10,768 bases of DNA. Origin: a virus (Duplodnaviria; Heunggongvirae; Uroviricota; Caudoviricetes). The DNA is taken from the IMG/VR virus record IMGVR_UViG_2671180279_000005; one strand, 5' to 3'. The translations under genes were made by a program, and so were the position numbers. The first letter of the stretch is position 1. Every line of letters begins with the position of its first letter. Positions 7,740 to 10,768 of the stretch are shown here, one piece after another. Under the pieces are notes generated by a model. It worked only from the letters and a program-made list of their open reading frames with translations, was not told where the DNA came from and did not search any database.

Positions 7740-10700
7740 CTCTCCTGCATGATCGCTGTACATTGTTTTGCGGCATCGACTCTCCGCTCGTACTCCTCAA
7801 GTGTGATGTTCTCATAACAACAGTCAGCTTCGTCCCGGCGATAGCGATTGCAGCCATAGAAAACACCACCATCCTTATTTTTCCGCTTAAGCATTGTGCC
7901 AAGACCACAGCGTCGGCAGACAATTTCTATCTCCTGACATTCTGGGTTCGCGCATATTCTTTGCAAACCATTATGCATCACCATCGGAGAACTACATTGC
8001 TTGCAGGCACTAGCCATATAATCACAGGCAGGAGAGTGCGAGCAGACATAGAATTTTTTATCATAGCGACTCACTTTACCCGTTAAGCAGCCTGATTCAC
8101 AATCGGGGCAATGCCACTGACCGATTTCAAGAGAATCACTTTTAGTGATGAGCTGTTGACCCATTCTGGCAATCTCCTCAACAAACGCTGAGGTGTTTTG
8201 GCTATCAAAGATCATAAATACATAGTGCCGGGCGCGGGTAACGGCGACGTAAAACAAACGGCGCTCTTCGGCAAACAAATATGGCTCTTGCTCCGGGAGA
8301 AGAAGATCTATCAGTTCGTCATTTTCCTTTGCCGATGGAAAACACCCTTTCTCAAGACCAAGGAGTAGCACGTAATTCGCTTCCAGGCCTTTACTGGCAT
8401 GCGCGGTCTGGTATTGAATATCCAGCAGAGGAAATTCAGCCATTAGCGCCTGAACATCCATATCCTTAAGCTCTCGCATATTTTCCAGACGATAGCGGCC
8501 AATAAGCATTACTGGTGCCCGCCTGGTACTGTTGAGTCTCACTTCCCGACGATGACAACGAGTAAGCGCTCTCTTGATTTGCAGACGATAAGCTTCAGCC
8601 TTTCTTTGGTTGCGATCGGATAGGTCAATACCGTGCATTTGTTCCTGAATATCAAGCAGCTGTACTGCAGCATGCTCCACCTGTGAGAGCGTAGTAATCT
8701 CTTTCTTCAATTGTGCTGGATTACGGGTGACAAAGGCAGAGCTGAGTTCATGTATGCGATTATTAAAACGATAACTCTTGTCAAGAGGCAACATTTTCGC
8801 TGGCGAAAATTGATGATCAAAGCGGGTAAAAAATCTTAGATCAGACCCGTTAAAACGATAAATGGCTTGCCAATCATCTCCTACCGCAAATAACCGCATA
8901 TTATCCCGGGTTGCCAGTAATGCTTTTAACAACTTGCCTCGTCCACCGGAAAGATCCTGGAATTCATCAACCAGTACGTAGTCATATCGGTGATGAAATT
9001 GTCCCTCCTGAAGCGCTGTTGTTGCTTCCGCGATCATATCGCTGAAGTCCATCTCGCGCTGCTCTTTAAGGTGAGCTTCATAGGCATCGTATACTGGTTT
9101 GAATAATTCGATAAATGCCTGAGTACGCCCCATGTCTATTCGTTGAGGGGATGCCAGGAGGTCTGAAAAAGAAAATTGCCCTTCTTTGAAAAGCCCAAGA
9201 AAGCGGAGCATCAGATCGATAAATCCTTGCCACGGCGATGAACTGGAGTTTTTAAGTTCATCCAGAAGCGTATCAGTATCACGCAAATGCTGTGGTTCAC
9301 TTACCCGATTAAGTATATCGAGTAAATTATTCTCAAGTATTCCTTCGGCTAGCTGATAGCTATATAACTCTTCCAGTCGGGTATTATGTTGTTGATGCAA
9401 CTTCCGCTTCCAGGCGACTCCTTCAAGGTATGCAGCCTGATTAACAAAAGGGGCCGTTCTCATTTGCCGATCCACGCCCAGGTATTCAATATAGGTCTTG
9501 CTTCTCGGCAGGTAAAAATCAGGTTTATACTGGCGGCGCTCAATCGTTGCTGTATTTACCTCATAATTCGCTTCGTATTCGAATGGAACAGAATACAAAT
9601 ATAAATAGTTGGCAACTCTCAACTCCCCCACACTCTTTACCCACTGCCCCGTCAGCGTAATCAGGCGACAACTTTGCAGAAACTCATGATATTCTTCAAT
9701 AGCATTGAAGTCATATTCACAACGTCCTGGCGTGCTATAACAAACAAAATATTTAACTAGTTGAGTTTTATAATCATCGTTGACACTTATTTCTGACTCT
9801 AATTTCGCCTCAATAAAATGGCGCAGTTCATTATTTTGCTCTGCAAAACGTGTAAGAGAACGCTTGACGCCTACACTTTCAGCAACGACACGGTTTCCAA
9901 AAGCATGAAAGGTCGTTGCTTTTAGCTTGCCGCCACTTTCTGGCAATCGTTCTGTGATACGCTCAGCCATTTCCCGTGCTGCTTTATTCCCGAAAGCCAG
10001 CATTAATATATTTTCAGGCTGAGCTAAACCTGCTTGCAATAAATACCCTGCTTTACCAATTAATGTCGACGTTTTTCCGGTACCCGCACCAGCAACGACC
10101 AAAGTATGATCTTCATTGGTAACACAGGCTTTACGCTGAGGGGCACTAAGCGGTTGAGATTCGATCTGTTCAAAGAAAGTCTGATAAGCTGACAATAACT
10201 GTGGGATAACTTTCTCGTTGAAGTGGCTCCTGGCAGATTCTGAAACATCGTCCATGGATAACTTCAGCGCCAGTTGTGCTATGGGGTTATTACCTTCATG
10301 AGCAATAAAATCTGCATCAATCGCAAGATCCAGCAATCGTTTCTTTACCTGCATTAACTGTGACAAAGATCGCCATTCCCACGAAGAAAAATAGTGTCCC
10401 CCTTTTTGATAACGTTTTACTAGCTCCAGCAATTCCCTCCACTCATTGCTGTGCTGGAAAATATCTAAAGCTGTACATTGGATTTTTTTGATAAGCGTTT
10501 CCAGCTGTTGCAGATTGAAACCATTTAATTGATATATCTTACTCTCCAAACCAATAACAATCTCAGAGTACAACCATTTTTTATTTATTTTAACATTTTT
10601 AATATCACCGATGGGCAATTGCACACTCACCCCATGATGGATGAAAGTCAATTGGCCTGGAGACAATAATATTTTATTAGCACGTCGACGCCAAATACCC

Positions 10701-10768
10701 CACAGATCGTAAAGCGGATGCGTGCTGAGGTTATGTTCACATTGCAACTGTGGAGTTAATTTTTTCAT
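7736..10768 (-). CDS. Helicase IV (HelD)-like UvrD/Rep-family SF1 helicase, 1010 aa, with an internal PD-(D/E)xK / Vsr-DUF559-like nuclease-like insert and three C-terminal topoisomerase-type C4 zinc ribbons
   Basis: Walker A GAGTGKTS (aa 227-234, nt 10067-10090); motif II LVDEFQD (aa 599-605, nt 8954-8968); FAVGDDWQAIYRFNGSD, KSYRFN, TAHASKGLEANYVLLLG and YVAVTRAR motifs collinear with E. coli helicase IV as recalled; insert GELRVANYLYLYSVPFEYE...YKPDFYLPRSKTYIEYLGVD (aa 378-432); Zn ribbons CPDC...CSHSPAC, CKQC...CANPEC, CRRC...GCNRY...C (aa 887-985, nt 7814-8110). Start codon is the last 3 nt of the window, so an upstream in-frame start cannot be excluded. Confidence 0.85.
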   Translation of the reverse strand: MKKLTPQLQCEHNLSTHPLYDLWGIWRRRANKILLSPGQLTFIHHGVSVQLPIGDIKNVKINKKWLYSEIVIGLESKIYQLNGFNLQQLETLIKKIQCTALDIFQHSNEWRELLELVKRYQKGGHYFSSWEWRSLSQLMQVKKRLLDLAIDADFIAHEGNNPIAQLALKLSMDDVSESARSHFNEKVIPQLLSAYQTFFEQIESQPLSAPQRKACVTNEDHTLVVAGAGTGKTSTLIGKAGYLLQAGLAQPENILMLAFGNKAAREMAERITERLPESGGKLKATTFHAFGNRVVAESVGVKRSLTRFAEQNNELRHFIEAKLESEISVNDDYKTQLVKYFVCYSTPGRCEYDFNAIEEYHEFLQSCRLITLTGQWVKSVGELRVANYLYLYSVPFEYEANYEVNTATIERRQYKPDFYLPRSKTYIEYLGVDRQMRTAPFVNQAAYLEGVAWKRKLHQQHNTRLEELYSYQLAEGILENNLLDILNRVSEPQHLRDTDTLLDELKNSSSSPWQGFIDLMLRFLGLFKEGQFSFSDLLASPQRIDMGRTQAFIELFKPVYDAYEAHLKEQREMDFSDMIAEATTALQEGQFHHRYDYVLVDEFQDLSGGRGKLLKALLATRDNMRLFAVGDDWQAIYRFNGSDLRFFTRFDHQFSPAKMLPLDKSYRFNNRIHELSSAFVTRNPAQLKKEITTLSQVEHAAVQLLDIQEQMHGIDLSDRNQRKAEAYRLQIKRALTRCHRREVRLNSTRRAPVMLIGRYRLENMRELKDMDVQALMAEFPLLDIQYQTAHASKGLEANYVLLLGLEKGCFPSAKENDELIDLLLPEQEPYLFAEERRLFYVAVTRARHYVFMIFDSQNTSAFVEEIARMGQQLITKSDSLEIGQWHCPDCESGCLTGKVSRYDKKFYVCSHSPACDYMASACKQCSSPMVMHNGLQRICANPECQEIEIVCRRCGLGTMLKRKNKDGGVFYGCNRYRRDEADCCYENITLEEYERRVDAAKQCTAIMQER

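Noticed and set aside
7307-7923. Short minus-strand ORFs in alternate frames (7307-7525, 7492-7698, 7538-7723, 7720-7923)
   Set aside because: Overlap the partner gene or helicase 3' end in other frames; the long frames are far better supported.
7763-9604. Plus-strand ORFs 7763-8086, 8281-8469 and 9386-9604
   Set aside because: Antisense inside the 1010-aa helicase CDS.
6921-10768. Class 2 OLD nuclease plus UvrD-like helicase pair, or Gabija
   Set aside because: The partner protein has no Walker A/ABC ATPase or Toprim motifs, and the helicase is much larger than GajB with extra domains, so the pair does not fit either known architecture.
1-10768. CRISPR array or other tandem repeat array
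   Set aside because: No regularly spaced direct repeats of 25-40 bp were seen anywhere in the window.

Overview
Mosaic accessory region with three mobile-element layers. (1) 1-713: a partial IS1 (insA/insB, A6C frameshift motif, right terminal IR ending at 713) that has truncated a minus-strand ORF. (2) 1258-5222: a tightly coupled plus-strand operon typical of the early-left arm of a lambdoid/CPS-53-like prophage (yfdP/Q/R/S/T-like genes, an excisionase-like HTH gene, a lambdoid tyrosine integrase), ending 15 bp before a 46-nt copy of the 3' end of tRNA-Thr(CGU) (thrW-type att core, 5237-5282, minus strand). (3) 5447-10768: a second, P4-type (DUF4102-like N-terminus) integrase followed by a convergent two-gene minus-strand operon closed by a bidirectional intrinsic terminator. 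That operon encodes a 1010-aa helicase IV (HelD)-like SF1 helicase carrying an internal PD-(D/E)xK/Vsr-like nuclease-like insert and three C-terminal topoisomerase-type C4 zinc ribbons, translationally coupled (ATGA overlap) to a 272-280-aa Trp-rich protein I cannot assign to any family. Its position directly beside a satellite-type integrase makes it the best candidate here for an undescribed anti-phage/anti-MGE system. No rRNA, intact tRNA or CRISPR array was seen. All homology statements come from reading motifs and from memory of protein families, not from database searches.
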